Assembly (NCBI GenBank): GCA_030018135.1
Contig: JASEGJ010000001.1
Coordinates: forward strand, 1-64,000
Length of the DNA: 64,000 bases
Direction: 5' to 3'
DNA from: Candidatus Hodarchaeaceae archaeon
GTDB taxonomy: Archaea; Hadarchaeota; Hadarchaeia; Hadarchaeales; Hadarchaeaceae
Positions within the stretch are counted from its first letter, which is position 1, and each line of letters starts with the position of its first letter. A program made the position numbers and the translations under genes. Of this stretch, positions 40,709-50,676 are shown piece after piece. The notes below the pieces were generated by a model. It ran no database searches. It worked only from the letters and a program-made list of their open reading frames with translations, and had not been told where the DNA came from.

Positions 40709-41713
40709 CGAAACGACCGACGAAGTGAAAGCCGAGGGGCTGACGAAGATCTTCAATAGGGACTTGGTGGCGGTGGACCACATTGACTTCAGCGTGGGGG
40801 AGGGCGAAATCTTCGGCTTTCTCGGCCCCAATGGAGCTGGCAAAACTACCACGATCAACATGTTGATAACGGTGATAAAGCCAACCGAAGGGCGTGCGGC
40901 GGTGTGCGGATTCGACATCGTGGAGCAAGCCGGCGAAGTTAGGAACCGCATAGGTGTCGTCCCCCAAGAATATACCGCAGACGAGGATTTGACGGGATAT
41001 GAAAATATAATCCTGTGCGGGGACCTCTACGGCATCCCGCGGGAGGCCTCAAAGAAGCGTGCGGCTGAACTTCTAGAGCTTGTCGAACTAACGAGGTTCA
41101 AGGACAGAAAGGTCGAGACGTACTCGGGAGGCATGAGGAGGAGGCTGGAACTCGCCTGCGGCCTAATAAACAGGCCCCGCGTGCTATTCTTGGACGAGCC
41201 AACATTGGGCTTGGATGTCCAGACGAGGGCAACAATCTGGAACTACATTAGACTGCTCAAGGAAGAATTTAACATGACACTCTTCATGACGACCCACTAC
41301 CTCGAGGAGGCAGATGCCCTCTGCGACAGGGTGGCGATAATCGACAATGGCAAAATAGTGAAAGTCGGCAATCCCAACGCGTTGAAGGAAAGCCTCGGGG
41401 GAGACATAATCACCCTAGGTATCCAAGGGAAAGATGTGGGCATCACGGAATTTGTTAAAAAATTCCAAAGGTGAAGGAGGTGAAGAAGCAGGATAACACC
41501 TACTGGATTAAGGTTGAGGACGGGGAGGAAACTGCCCCGCTGATAATAGAGGCCATAAGGAACATGGGGCACGCCGTGACGAGGCTCTCCCTGACAAAGC
41601 CCACCCTCGACGAGGTGTATCTCGAGTACACCGGTAAGTCGATGAGGGAGGAACAGGAGGAAAGGGCGAACATCTGGAGCCGAAGAAGGACGATAAGAAA
41701 GGCGAGAACGTGA
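40705..41713 (+). pseudogene. DrrA-type ABC ATPase, frameshifted in A-run near 41457-41462
   Basis: GPNGAGKTT, YSGGM, LDEPT; C-terminal PTLDEVYL..TG in another frame. Confidence 0.85.
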
Positions 41714-42551
41714 GCCAAGACGGAAACTCCACGAATCCCCTGCACGGCCTTTGGGCTTTGACTCACAGGGAGCTGAAGAAATGGTAGAAGGAACCGCTGC
41801 TGCTCTTCATATCGGTGGTTCAACCGATAATTTGGATGGGTCTCTTCGGCAAGGCGATGAACATAGGCACGATCTTTTCCAGTCCAGCCCTTCCACCGGC
41901 GGCGGCAGAACAGGTTATGAAGAGCACCTTCGGCACCGCCGACTATTTCTCCTTCGTGGCCGTTGGCATGCTTTCCTTCGTCGTGCTGTTCACGACCATG
42001 TTCAGCGGCATGTCGATCGTTTGGGACAGACGTTTGGGCTTCCTGGGCAAGGTCCTAAGTGCCCCTGTCGCGAGGGGATCGATACTTTTTTCAAAGGTTT
42101 TTTCGGCTGTGATAAGGTCCCTGGTCCAAGCGGGCATAGTCCTTTCCGTCGCCTTCTTGCTTGGTTTACGCCCGGGTCCAGATTTCACCCCAATAAATTT
42201 GCTGGGAGTTTTCGCTGCCCTGTTCCTGATGTGCATCGGGCTATCCTCGATTTTCCTTTTGATAGCCATACGCTCCAGTAGGTGGGAGACCCAGATGGCG
42301 GTGATGAACCTTTTGAACCTGCCGCTCCTCTTTACGAGCAACGCCTCTTCCCGACCTCCTTGATGCCAAACTGGCTGAGGTTCATATCGAAGATAAACCC
42401 CATAACCTACGGCACCGATGCGGGGAGGCAACTCCTCCTCTACCAAACGAATACATCCCAGCTGGCCTTCGATTTCGCGTTCTTGGGCGCGTTCGCCGCC
42501 ATCTTCTCGGCCATCGGTATCTTTCTCTCGTGGAGGTACCTAAGCAAATAG
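41710..42551 (+). pseudogene. ABC-2 permease with in-frame TAG (41785) and frameshift (about 42345)
   Basis: RELKKW*KEP...QP; NA|LFPTSLMPNWL...NPITY. Confidence 0.85.
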
Positions 42552-42559
42552 ATTTTTGA

Positions 42560-42654
42560 TGGTGGGGCCGCCGGGATTTGAACCCGGGTCTCCAGCACCC
42601 CATTCCAGATCCAAAGATTAGCTGGGAGGATTGGCCAAGCTACCCTACGGCCCC
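42560..42654 (-). tRNA. tRNA-Pro(GGG) with 17-nt intron at 32/33 (42603-42619), encoded CCA
   Basis: GGGGCCG acceptor, GGTTCAAATCC T-arm, CCAGC/GCTGG anticodon stem, full BHB motif. Confidence 0.9.
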
Positions 42655-42887
42655 GTAATAAGGTGAAGGGCTGGTTATTTATTACATTAAGTTTTAAGCA
42701 GACCGAGGTTCCTTTGGCTTAAATCGCCGCCATCTTAAGGTACCTCTTTCATCTCCCCTCAAAGAAAGCATGAGCACCTGAGTAAAGCCATTGCGCGATT
42801 CGAAAAGCTTGGTTGTTTCCACCATAACGCAGGGCATCCGACACGGTTTGGCGGTGCCCGGCGCCGCCTGTGTTGATCACGAATCGT

Positions 42888-44189
42888 TTATCTTGGCTTC
42901 ATGTAGCCCCACTTGTCTAAAGCCGCCTTCAGCTCCTTGTGGGTCTCCGCATATTCGTCCAAACCGATGCCTTCCCTGTACGCCTCGATGGCCTGCATGA
43001 CCGCCCTCGCCCCGGCCTCTATCCCCATGGGATGGCCCTGCGTCCCTCCACCCAGTTGCAGGACGATGTCCATCGTCCCATAAATGTCGAACAACTCGGG
43101 CAAGAGCCCGGGATGGAGGCCCCCGGAGGCAACTGGCAGCATGGGCTTTATCCTCCCCCATTTTTGGGGCATTCTTAGGCCCGGTATCTCGCCCACTTCC
43201 CGCTGCGTGATCATCTCCTTGATGGCGACTATCTCCCTCTTCTCGCCCGCCAGCTTTCCAATGACTGTGCCTATGTGGAACTGGTCTACGCCCATCAACC
43301 TCATCAACTTCGCGAGGTAGAGCATCGACATGCCGTGCTTAGGGTTTCTCGTCATCATCGCATGCATGGCCCTATGGCCGTGTATGGCCATGTCGTAATC
43401 GTGGGCTAGTTCGACCGCGGTCTGCACCGCCGTAAAACCGCTGACCACGACATCCAGCATGAAATATTTGAACCCGTGGTCGTGGACGAGCTTTATCCTC
43501 CTCTCGAGCTCCTTTAAATTCGGTGCCGTAACGTTGAGGAACGCGTCCTTGACATCTCCCGTCTCCTTCTCGGCCTTGTCCCTATACTTGGCGACGAGCT
43601 TTACCCTCTCCTCAAACCTGTTAAACTTCTGGCTCGTGAGGTTTTCATCGTCTTTGACGCAGTCCATCCCGCCCCTCCAAATCGCATACCCCACCTTCGC
43701 GGCATGCTCAAGGGCTGTGTACCCAATTTTCGGCTTCGGGACCACAGCGGTGACGGGTCCAGATTTCCTCCTGAAGATCCTTTTTATAACGTCCTTTCCG
43801 TGGGTCGGTCCTTTGAAATGTTTTATGTATTCCGGCGGCAGCTCGGCGTCCAGCAGCCTCAGGTTTTTCACCGCTTTCATGCCGTAGATATTGCCGCCGA
43901 ACCCGCTCATCATACCCGGGACGGACCCCTCCTCGAAGATCAAAAGAGGATAAGCTATCTTCGCATAGTTTTCGTCGCAGTGGTATGCGTACGCCTTCGT
44001 CTTGGGCAAAAGTTTGGGCAGCTCGGTTAAGGTGGTCCAAGTGCCGGACGAGCTCTCGGAAGCTATCCTGCCTATCGCATCCTCCTTTGTTATGCCCGGG
44101 GCCGGCTCGTAATAGAAAAGCACCTTGATGTCGGTCCTTGACGGCTTATATTTGGTATTTATGAACTCGTGGTACCACTCGATCTTCAT
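42888..44189 (-). CDS. rbcL: RuBisCO large subunit, form III type
   Basis: ASESSSGTWT, PKPKIG, KDDENLT, HGHRAMHA, GKL, SGGLHPG, GGG..GHP. Confidence 0.95.
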   Translation of the reverse strand: MKIEWYHEFINTKYKPSRTDIKVLFYYEPAPGITKEDAIGRIASESSSGTWTTLTELPKLLPKTKAYAYHCDENYAKIAYPLLIFEEGSVPGMMSGFGGNIYGMKAVKNLRLLDAELPPEYIKHFKGPTHGKDVIKRIFRRKSGPVTAVVPKPKIGYTALEHAAKVGYAIWRGGMDCVKDDENLTSQKFNRFEERVKLVAKYRDKAEKETGDVKDAFLNVTAPNLKELERRIKLVHDHGFKYFMLDVVVSGFTAVQTAVELAHDYDMAIHGHRAMHAMMTRNPKHGMSMLYLAKLMRLMGVDQFHIGTVIGKLAGEKREIVAIKEMITQREVGEIPGLRMPQKWGRIKPMLPVASGGLHPGLLPELFDIYGTMDIVLQLGGGTQGHPMGIEAGARAVMQAIEAYREGIGLDEYAETHKELKAALDKWGYMKPR

Positions 44190-44245
44190 GTTTTCAAACC
44201 TCCCCAAAGTTTTCATAATCAATTTTTAGGTTTAGCATATCATCT

Positions 44246-44446
44246 TTACCGCTTGAACTTGGCTATCTCGCCGGTGAAGTCCACGCTCGTGAGGAGCATG
44301 GAGCGGCAGCAGTAGCGCTTGAGGCCGAGGTCGTTCAAGACGCGCTCCGGACTCTCCCCCTTCGCCACGCGGCGCCCGAACTCCTCGTACTTATCGCCCA
44401 GCAACTTACCGCAGGTGAAGCAGCGAATCGCCCTCAGGTGGCTCAC
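44246..44446 (-). CDS. rpoN: RNA polymerase subunit N (Rpo10)
   Basis: IRCFTCGK...RYCCR. Confidence 0.95.
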   Translation of the reverse strand: MSHLRAIRCFTCGKLLGDKYEEFGRRVAKGESPERVLNDLGLKRYCCRSMLLTSVDFTGEIAKFKR

Positions 44447-44841
44447 CTGTATGATTTTTGGAATTTCGCCCTGGCCCCGGGGCCGCCGGGCTTTTTCGGC
44501 TCCTTGAAGCGCACATCGCTCTTTATCAGCGTCCAGTCGTACTGCTTGAAGAACTCGCGCAGCTTGGCATCCCCCGACCACTCGATCAGTCCCCGCGCAA
44601 TCGCCGTTCGGGCGGCGTCGGCCTGACCCATGAACCCGCCGCCTGTCACGTCGACTTCTATGTCGACCCGCTTCGCGATCTCTGGGGCGAGCACTAGCGG
44701 CTCGGAGATGCGCAGGCGGGCCAGCTCCGGCTCATAAACGTCGATCGATCGTTTGTTGACAAAAACCTTCCCCTTTCCATCCCGCACAGTAGCGCGAGCG
44801 ATGGCGGCCTTCCTCCTTCCGACGGCTAGGACAACCTTCAA
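44443..44841 (-). CDS. rps9: 30S ribosomal protein S9
   Basis: [19 protein letters not shown]. Confidence 0.97.
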   Translation of the reverse strand: MKVVLAVGRRKAAIARATVRDGKGKVFVNKRSIDVYEPELARLRISEPLVLAPEIAKRVDIEVDVTGGGFMGQADAARTAIARGLIEWSGDAKLREFFKQYDWTLIKSDVRFKEPKKPGGPGARAKFQKSYR

Positions 44842-44850
44842 GTTTATCCC

Positions 44851-45276
44851 CTAAAATTTTGCCCCTAGGTGTTTGCTAAGCTCCGCAACCCTAATAAAGC
44901 GTTTCGTGCCCAAGCGCTCTAGGCCAGCCCCGGGGATGGCCTCGAGCTTCTTGCCCTTGAACTCTGGCGGCACGCCGACATGTACCTTAAGGCGGCGGTA
45001 CGCATTCCGCCCCCGCGGCTTGTCGAACGGCAGCATGCCCCGGACGGTGCGCCTCACCCAGTCGTCCGGGCGCCTGAAGTGGAAGGGTCCCCTGCGCGGG
45101 TTGACCAGGTTTCGAACCTCGAGCCAGGCATCGTAACTATCGAACGTCGCCTTCCGCCTGCCCGAGATCACGGCCTGCTCCGCGTTCACGATTGTGACCT
45201 GCTCGCCCTCGAGCAAGCGCTTCGCCACGAAGCTCGCCATCCGCCCGAGGATCAAATCGGTGGCGTCGATTATCAT
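44851..45276 (-). CDS. rpl13: 50S ribosomal protein L13
   Basis: ILGRMAS.VAK, RTVRGMLP. Confidence 0.97.
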   Translation of the reverse strand: MIIDATDLILGRMASFVAKRLLEGEQVTIVNAEQAVISGRRKATFDSYDAWLEVRNLVNPRRGPFHFRRPDDWVRRTVRGMLPFDKPRGRNAYRRLKVHVGVPPEFKGKKLEAIPGAGLERLGTKRFIRVAELSKHLGAKF

Positions 45277-45280
45277 GCTC

Positions 45281-45646
45281 TCACTCCATCAATATGACGT
45301 CCCTGCCATCAGGGTTTTGTTCGAGCAGCTGCTGGATCGTTAGGGCCCTGCCCTTGGCCTCGACGATCTTGCAACGCGCAGCGCGGGAAAACTTGAAGGC
45401 CGCGACCGAAATCGGGTGGTCGAGCCTGCCGGCGGCCAAAACTTTCCCGGGCACGACCACGATGCTGCCCTCTCGAGCATAGCGGTTTAGATGACCGAGG
45501 TTGACCTCGGCACGGCTCCTGCGGGACCTAGCTAGACGCCCCGCCAGATCCTGCCAGAGGGAAGCCTTCAGCTCCTTCCCCTTGGAGCGAAGTTGGCGCA
45601 CCAGCCTGCGCAGCGCGGGGTTAGTCGGGCCAGTTGGTTTTGGCAT
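45281..45646 (-). CDS. rpl18e: 50S ribosomal protein L18e
   Basis: TNP.L, VNL, VVPGKVL. Confidence 0.95.
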   Translation of the reverse strand: MPKPTGPTNPALRRLVRQLRSKGKELKASLWQDLAGRLARSRRSRAEVNLGHLNRYAREGSIVVVPGKVLAAGRLDHPISVAAFKFSRAARCKIVEAKGRALTIQQLLEQNPDGRDVILME

Positions 45647-45759
45647 CTTTAACACCACTTAACATATCGACACACTTTTTGAAAGCGTTCTAATAAGCTT
45701 ACCCTTAATTGGTTACGATGCTGTTCAAATAAACGCCTCCACCCAAGCTTTTAATCCAC

Positions 45760-46332
45760 CCCATCGCCCGATAATGAGAACCTGTGGCGATATGCCGTCG
45801 TCGTGGGGCACGCCGCTGGTGATCCAAGAAACGGCAAGTTCAACGTCGATGCGGTCTTTCGGGCGGCCGGCGTCGATGGGGCGCTTCACGCGCCAACGGA
45901 GAACCACCCTATCTTCATCTCGGGCTCAATAGACGTGTCCGAGGAGACCTTCCACTCCTACACGCCGCCAAATCCGGTGATCACCGTAAAGGTGCTAAAG
46001 CATCGGGACAGGCATATACTTTCGATAATTGTACTGATCGCGATCGTCGCCTCCCTCGCCGCATGGAGGATGAGGTTAGGTGGAGGGAGGCGTTCCATGG
46101 ACTTAAGATGGTTTCCCCCCATCTAATAAGAATCGAAGATATAACGCGCGACCAAGCCGGGGATTTGGTCGTAAAAGTGGCACGCTACAGCCCTCGGCCC
46201 GGGCAGGTGACGCAACCAGCGGTAACCAGCCCGGTCCACATAGTGAAGATTGAAAGGACGGATAGGGAGATACGTTTTGAAATTGTGGAGTTACCTTACA
46301 GGCCGGACATCAGGCCAGTCTGGCCGAAATGA
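45760..46332 (+). pseudogene. Fragments of surface/membrane proteins including a PrcB C-terminal-like domain
   Basis: TM-ending fragment then I.IEDI...LVVKV...PRPGQVTQPAVTSPVHIVKI; no clean start, stops between fragments. Confidence 0.45.
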
Positions 46333-46764
46333 TAATCAGTTCAGACATCGATATTTTGCCCTTGATATCCCGGCCGCCCACGCTCAAGCGGCGGGAAGCG
46401 ATTTCCCGGCAGACCGAAAGGGTATCCCGACAAAACGATGCCGACCATAAGACCGGATCGCGTAGTGGCGTCGGAGTGGAAAGATTGCGAGACCTGTGGA
46501 GCTCCTCTCGGTCCCCCAGAGTTCGTGAACTACAACATCCACGAGGAGGCTTGGCGAGGCAGTTTCAAACTGCCGCACCCAAAACAGCACGTATACAGCA
46601 GATTTCCGTGAAAGCGCCGTGGAAACGGCTTAGAGGACTATGATGCGGTATTAGGGGTTTGAACTCAATTTGTACCCTCTGGAGATTTCTCTTATCTTAA
46701 GCGACCTCTATTTCATGGGGGCAAAGAATTTTTTACCATGAGAACGAATTGAAAAAGGTAAAAA

Positions 46765-47330
46765 ATGAAAAACTTCAAAGCAATCATGTTTAATAAGAAA
46801 GCTTCTGATCCAAAAAACAAACCTGATCAGATTTTGGGAAGCCTGGCATTGGTGCGAGGACAAAACATTGCCGATGTTGGAGCCGGGGGCGGCTATTTTT
46901 CTCTAAGATTTGCGGAAGTAGTGGGCCAGAGGGAAAAGTGTATGCGATTGACACCAACCTCAAATTTTTAGAATTTGTCAGTGAGGGTGCTAGGAAGAAA
47001 GGGTTAGATAACGTCGAGACAATACTCGCCACGGGAGATAGGTTGAATTTGCCTGAAAAAAGTATAGATCTGGTTTTTATGCGCAATGTAACTCACCATA
47101 TCCCGAATAGGGTGGAATATTTTAGAAATCTAAGGAACGCTATGAAACCGGCAGGTAGAATTGCCATTATAGAATATAAGCAAGGCGGACGTTTTAGCTT
47201 TCGTGGGTTTTTTGGTCATTACATAAAAAAGGAGATCATCGTTGAAGAAATGGCAGAGGCCGGATATCAATTGGTAGAGGATTTTGATTTTTTGCCGGAA
47301 CAATCCTTTACAATTTATCGTAAAAAATAG
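46765..47330 (+). pseudogene. Class I SAM methyltransferase, frameshifted near 46925
   Basis: IADVGAGGGYF then V(G)PEGKVYAID...MKPAGRIAIIE in another frame; AT-rich. Confidence 0.85.
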
Positions 47331-47466
47331 CGCAAGTTTTAACAGCGATTCGGGGAATAAATACGTTTGTTAAGCCGCTTTTTATCTCCCAAAAAAATTA
47401 CAGCTTTATTACAGCTCTTTTCGTAAAAACTACGTGGAAAATGCCCGGACAACCTCATGAAGCCTA

Positions 47467-47554
47467 TGGTGCGGGGGCGGGGATTTGAACCCCGGAACCC
47501 CTACGGGACAGGCTCCTCAAGCCTGCACCTTTGACCATGCTCGGCCACCCCCGC
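47467..47554 (-). tRNA. tRNA-Leu(GAG), encoded CCA
   Basis: CAGGC-TTGAGGA-GCCTG anticodon arm, long variable arm, GGTTCAAATCC. Confidence 0.95.
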
Positions 47555-47618
47555 ACAATTTCAACATACGTCAAGCGGCTCTAAAAAATTGTCTGAACTG
47601 CCACAAGTCGGTTGAAGA

Positions 47619-48404
47619 TCACAACTTCTTCACTTGTTTTATGAACTCCTTGCACTTGCCCTCGAGCGCGTCCAGCGCCTTGAGCAGGATCTGCTCCGAC
47701 GGCAGGGCGCCGGTCGACTCGATGCGAAAGATGAACTTGTCCTCGTGGTGGCCGATGCGGATCGCCTCCCTCGGGCAGGCCTCGACGCATGCGTTGCACA
47801 TTATGCACTTCTCGACATCGACGACCTTGAGCTTGCCGTCGGAGAGCTCGAGTATGTTGCGGGGACAGCGCTTGACGCACGCGCCGCAGGCATCGCAAGC
47901 CCTCTCGTCCAGCTCGAAGGTCGGAACGTATTTATAAGCTACGATGCCCGGCTGCCACTTCGCGTGCTCCCTGCCGAAACCTAGGCGGGCGATCGCGGTG
48001 AACTCCAGCCGCTGCCCCTCGTCGAGCCTCACGAGCGGAATCGAGCCGCTGACCGGCACGACTTCATTGTCGGAGGACTTTAGGTCGCCGCTGAGCACCG
48101 TCGCCGGCCCCTCTCGCTTGAGCGTCAAACTAACGCTGCACCTAGGGCAGCTCCCCTCCTTGCAGCCGCACTCGTCGCGCAGCAGGTAGCCATCAGGCGT
48201 GCGGAGGGGGACCAGCGCGAGCTGATGCGCCAAGATCTCGTCGTACATCGCGGAATCGTTGACTAGGAACTCGACCTCGTCTATCGCCATTATGGGCACC
48301 TCCCGAAGCATCGCCCGACGAAGCGCGTTCGCGAACGCCGGGTTCGCGCCGGAGAGCACGAACTCCATCTCGTCGCCCACCAGCTTTCGGATCTCGAGTT
48401 CCAT
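47619..48404 (-). CDS. rpoD: RNA polymerase subunit D (Rpo3) with ferredoxin domain
   Basis: ANALRR, DEILAH, HAKW; CDACGAC..CP and CIMCNAC..CP. Confidence 0.96.
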   Translation of the reverse strand: MELEIRKLVGDEMEFVLSGANPAFANALRRAMLREVPIMAIDEVEFLVNDSAMYDEILAHQLALVPLRTPDGYLLRDECGCKEGSCPRCSVSLTLKREGPATVLSGDLKSSDNEVVPVSGSIPLVRLDEGQRLEFTAIARLGFGREHAKWQPGIVAYKYVPTFELDERACDACGACVKRCPRNILELSDGKLKVVDVEKCIMCNACVEACPREAIRIGHHEDKFIFRIESTGALPSEQILLKALDALEGKCKEFIKQVKKL

Positions 48405-48559
48405 TTGACCACCCTAAAAATCACTTCGGTGACCTCTCTCTGGAAAAGCGATTTAAAAAGCGTTTCGGCGAGCTGTCTCGGGGCTGAAAATGATGGCTGA
48501 TGCAGCCCAAATCGACGCAACGGAAATGCCGATTGCAATGGGCGATTTGAGATGAACGA

Positions 48560-48960
48560 GGAGCAGTTTATTCAGCTCTTCGAATACTCGGGGTGAGGAC
48601 GCATGGATTTAAAGAACTCTCGCCCGAACTCTTTCTTGAGAATAACCGGTATTTATTCGTGTTAAGGATGTGCCTTGGTCCGTCGCATGGAGGGCTAGCT
48701 CGTGAACTAAATGTGGCTAAGGATTGGGCCAGGCATACCGAGGCTGGAAGAAATGTAATTTTGAAAAAGGAAATTGCGAATAGACACAAGAAAAATCACA
48801 TCGCTATGAATCAGAAGAAGATAACGTTGGGGCGGGCTTTAGAGTTTTGGAGGCATTATTGTTTATCTGCAAGGTCAAAATTTGTCAATGTTGAGGTGAG
48901 GTTCAAGCCCCTTCTTAAAAATAAACTCAAAAAATGCCTCCTTTGCCAAAATCTCTTATA
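48560..48960 (+). pseudogene. Degenerate AT-rich XRE-like HTH gene remnant between rps11 and rpoD
   Basis: FVLRMCLG.SH..LARELNVAKDW.RH.EAGR HTH-like segment; no clean start. Confidence 0.4.
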
Positions 48961-48966
48961 CACGTC

Positions 48967-49356
48967 TTATACACGACGACCTCTTCTTCCCCCCTTACGT
49001 CGGACCCCATCATGGGGGGTGGGTGTTGTGTCCTCTATCCGTCCTATCCGCAGGCCCGCCCGCGCCAAGGCTCGAATCGCCGCCTGCGCCCCTGGGCCGG
49101 GGCTCTTGGAGCCGCTCCCGCCGGGCGCGCGAACCTTGATGTGCACGCCCGTGAAGCCCCTCCCCATGGCCTCCTCGGCGGCCCTAGACGCTGCCTGCAT
49201 CGCAGCGTACGGCGAGGATTCCTCGCGGTCCGCCTTGACTATCATGCCGCCAGACCAGCGCGCCACCGTTTCAGCGCCGGTCAGGTCGGTGATGTGAATG
49301 ATCGTGTTGTTGAACGACGAGTAGATGTGCGCCACCCCCCATCTTCCATCCGCCAT
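48967..49356 (-). CDS. rps11: 30S ribosomal protein S11
   Basis: [26 protein letters not shown]. Confidence 0.98.
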   Translation of the reverse strand: MADGRWGVAHIYSSFNNTIIHITDLTGAETVARWSGGMIVKADREESSPYAAMQAASRAAEEAMGRGFTGVHIKVRAPGGSGSKSPGPGAQAAIRALARAGLRIGRIEDTTPTPHDGVRRKGGRRGRRV

Positions 49357-49358
49357 GT

Positions 49359-49904
49359 CTACTCCTCCCCTCGCCCTGTCTCTCCCTGCGCGCCCTGCTC
49401 GACCGCCGCCTGACCCTCGGACGGCTGCGCCACGAACGGCGACCCGGGCGTGTGGCCTATCGCCCCCTCCTCATCAGCCGGTACTAAATAGCTGGGCACC
49501 GTCACCCGCCTGTCGCCGATCGAGATGTGGCCGTGCAATATCATCTGCCTAGCTTGACTGGGGGTCTTGGCGAGGCCCTTCCTGAAGACGAGCGTCTGAA
49601 GGCGACGCTCCAAGAGGTTCTCGACCTTCAGGCCGAGTACATCGTCGAGCGACGCATCCTCGCCCACCAGGCCCAGTCTCCTGAGCCTAGCCAGCAATTG
49701 CCTCGCCTCGAGTTCGGCCTGCGGTCCGGACGCCGCCAGCAACCGCCTCGCCTGGCGCCTGAATTTTCGCAAAAGGGTCTCGGTCCTCCAGATCTCCTCC
49801 TTGCGGCGCAGACCGTACTGCCGGAGCAGCTTGTCCTCGGCGTCCATGCGGTCCTTTTCCCACGGGTGGGATGGCCTGAGGTACTTCTTGCGCTGGCGCT
49901 TCAC
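49359..49904 (-). CDS. rps4: 30S ribosomal protein S4
   Basis: [25 protein letters not shown]. Confidence 0.97.
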   Translation of the reverse strand: MKRQRKKYLRPSHPWEKDRMDAEDKLLRQYGLRRKEEIWRTETLLRKFRRQARRLLAASGPQAELEARQLLARLRRLGLVGEDASLDDVLGLKVENLLERRLQTLVFRKGLAKTPSQARQMILHGHISIGDRRVTVPSYLVPADEEGAIGHTPGSPFVAQPSEGQAAVEQGAQGETGRGEE

Positions 49905-49908
49905 GGTA

Positions 49909-50403
49909 TCACTCCTTCTTACCCTTCGCCGCCTTGGCCGCTTCCTCGCGCATCCTGATCTCCTTGCGCTTGACGCCGACAGTCATGCCCTTTCTGCCGG
50001 TCGTCCGAGTTCGCTGGCCCCGCACCGGCAAGCCGAGTTCGTGCCTTATGCCGCGCCGACTGCGTATGCGGCGCTCTCGGCCTATGTCGGTCTGCACGGC
50101 CATGTCGATGTCCGCGCCTAGGAGGTGCAGGTCCTTGCCCGTCTCGAAGTCCTTCCTCCTGTTTAGCATCCAGCCGGGGATGCCGTGCTCGCCTGGGCGG
50201 CGAATGACATCCTCAAGCCTCCTGACCTGCTCCCTGCTCAGGTCGCCCAGCTTGGTAAAAGGGTCGACTTCCGCGGCGTAGGCCACGGATCGAGCGAAGG
50301 CGACGCTAACCCCCTTGAGGTCAGCTAGGGCTAGCTGAACACGCTTTTCGCCCGCTAGGTCCTTGCCCGCTATCCGCACTATGTGCTTGAACTCCTCAGG
50401 CAT
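49909..50403 (-). CDS. rps13: 30S ribosomal protein S13
   Basis: RGIRHELGLPVRGQRTRTTGR. Confidence 0.98.
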   Translation of the reverse strand: MPEEFKHIVRIAGKDLAGEKRVQLALADLKGVSVAFARSVAYAAEVDPFTKLGDLSREQVRRLEDVIRRPGEHGIPGWMLNRRKDFETGKDLHLLGADIDMAVQTDIGRERRIRSRRGIRHELGLPVRGQRTRTTGRKGMTVGVKRKEIRMREEAAKAAKGKKE

Positions 50404-50459
50404 GCTATCGCCAGGAAATCTGTTTACATTTGTCCGAGCACCTATTAAACATTAGAGGA

Positions 50460-50561
50460 TGGCGCCGGGGCAGGGATTTGAACCCTGAAGGCCCGCGAGG
50501 GCCACGAGCTTTCCGTCCAAGGCTCCAGGCTCGCCCTTTGGCCAGATTCAGGCACCCCGGC
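50460..50561 (-). tRNA. tRNA-Ser(GGA) with about 12-nt anticodon-loop intron (probably 37/38)
   Basis: GCCGGGG acceptor, G discriminator, long variable arm, CGAGC/GCTCG stem enclosing 19 nt. Confidence 0.85.
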
Positions 50562-50676
50562 ACCTAATAAAAAATATACTTTATCTTTAGTTTAAAACAA
50601 CAACTAGGCAACGCTTTAGAACTCAGTTGATATTCCGATACTTCCCCTTTAACGCTAGGAACGAAATCGTGATGCC

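Noticed and set aside
41785-41787. In-frame TAG as pyrrolysine or read-through
   Set aside because: The same gene and its ATPase also carry frameshifts; no pyl genes in the window.
44437-44446. CTG start for rpoN
   Set aside because: An in-frame GTG overlapping the rps9 stop explains initiation equally well.
47619-48404. Ferredoxin domain in RpoD
   Set aside because: Known feature of many archaeal Rpo3 subunits.
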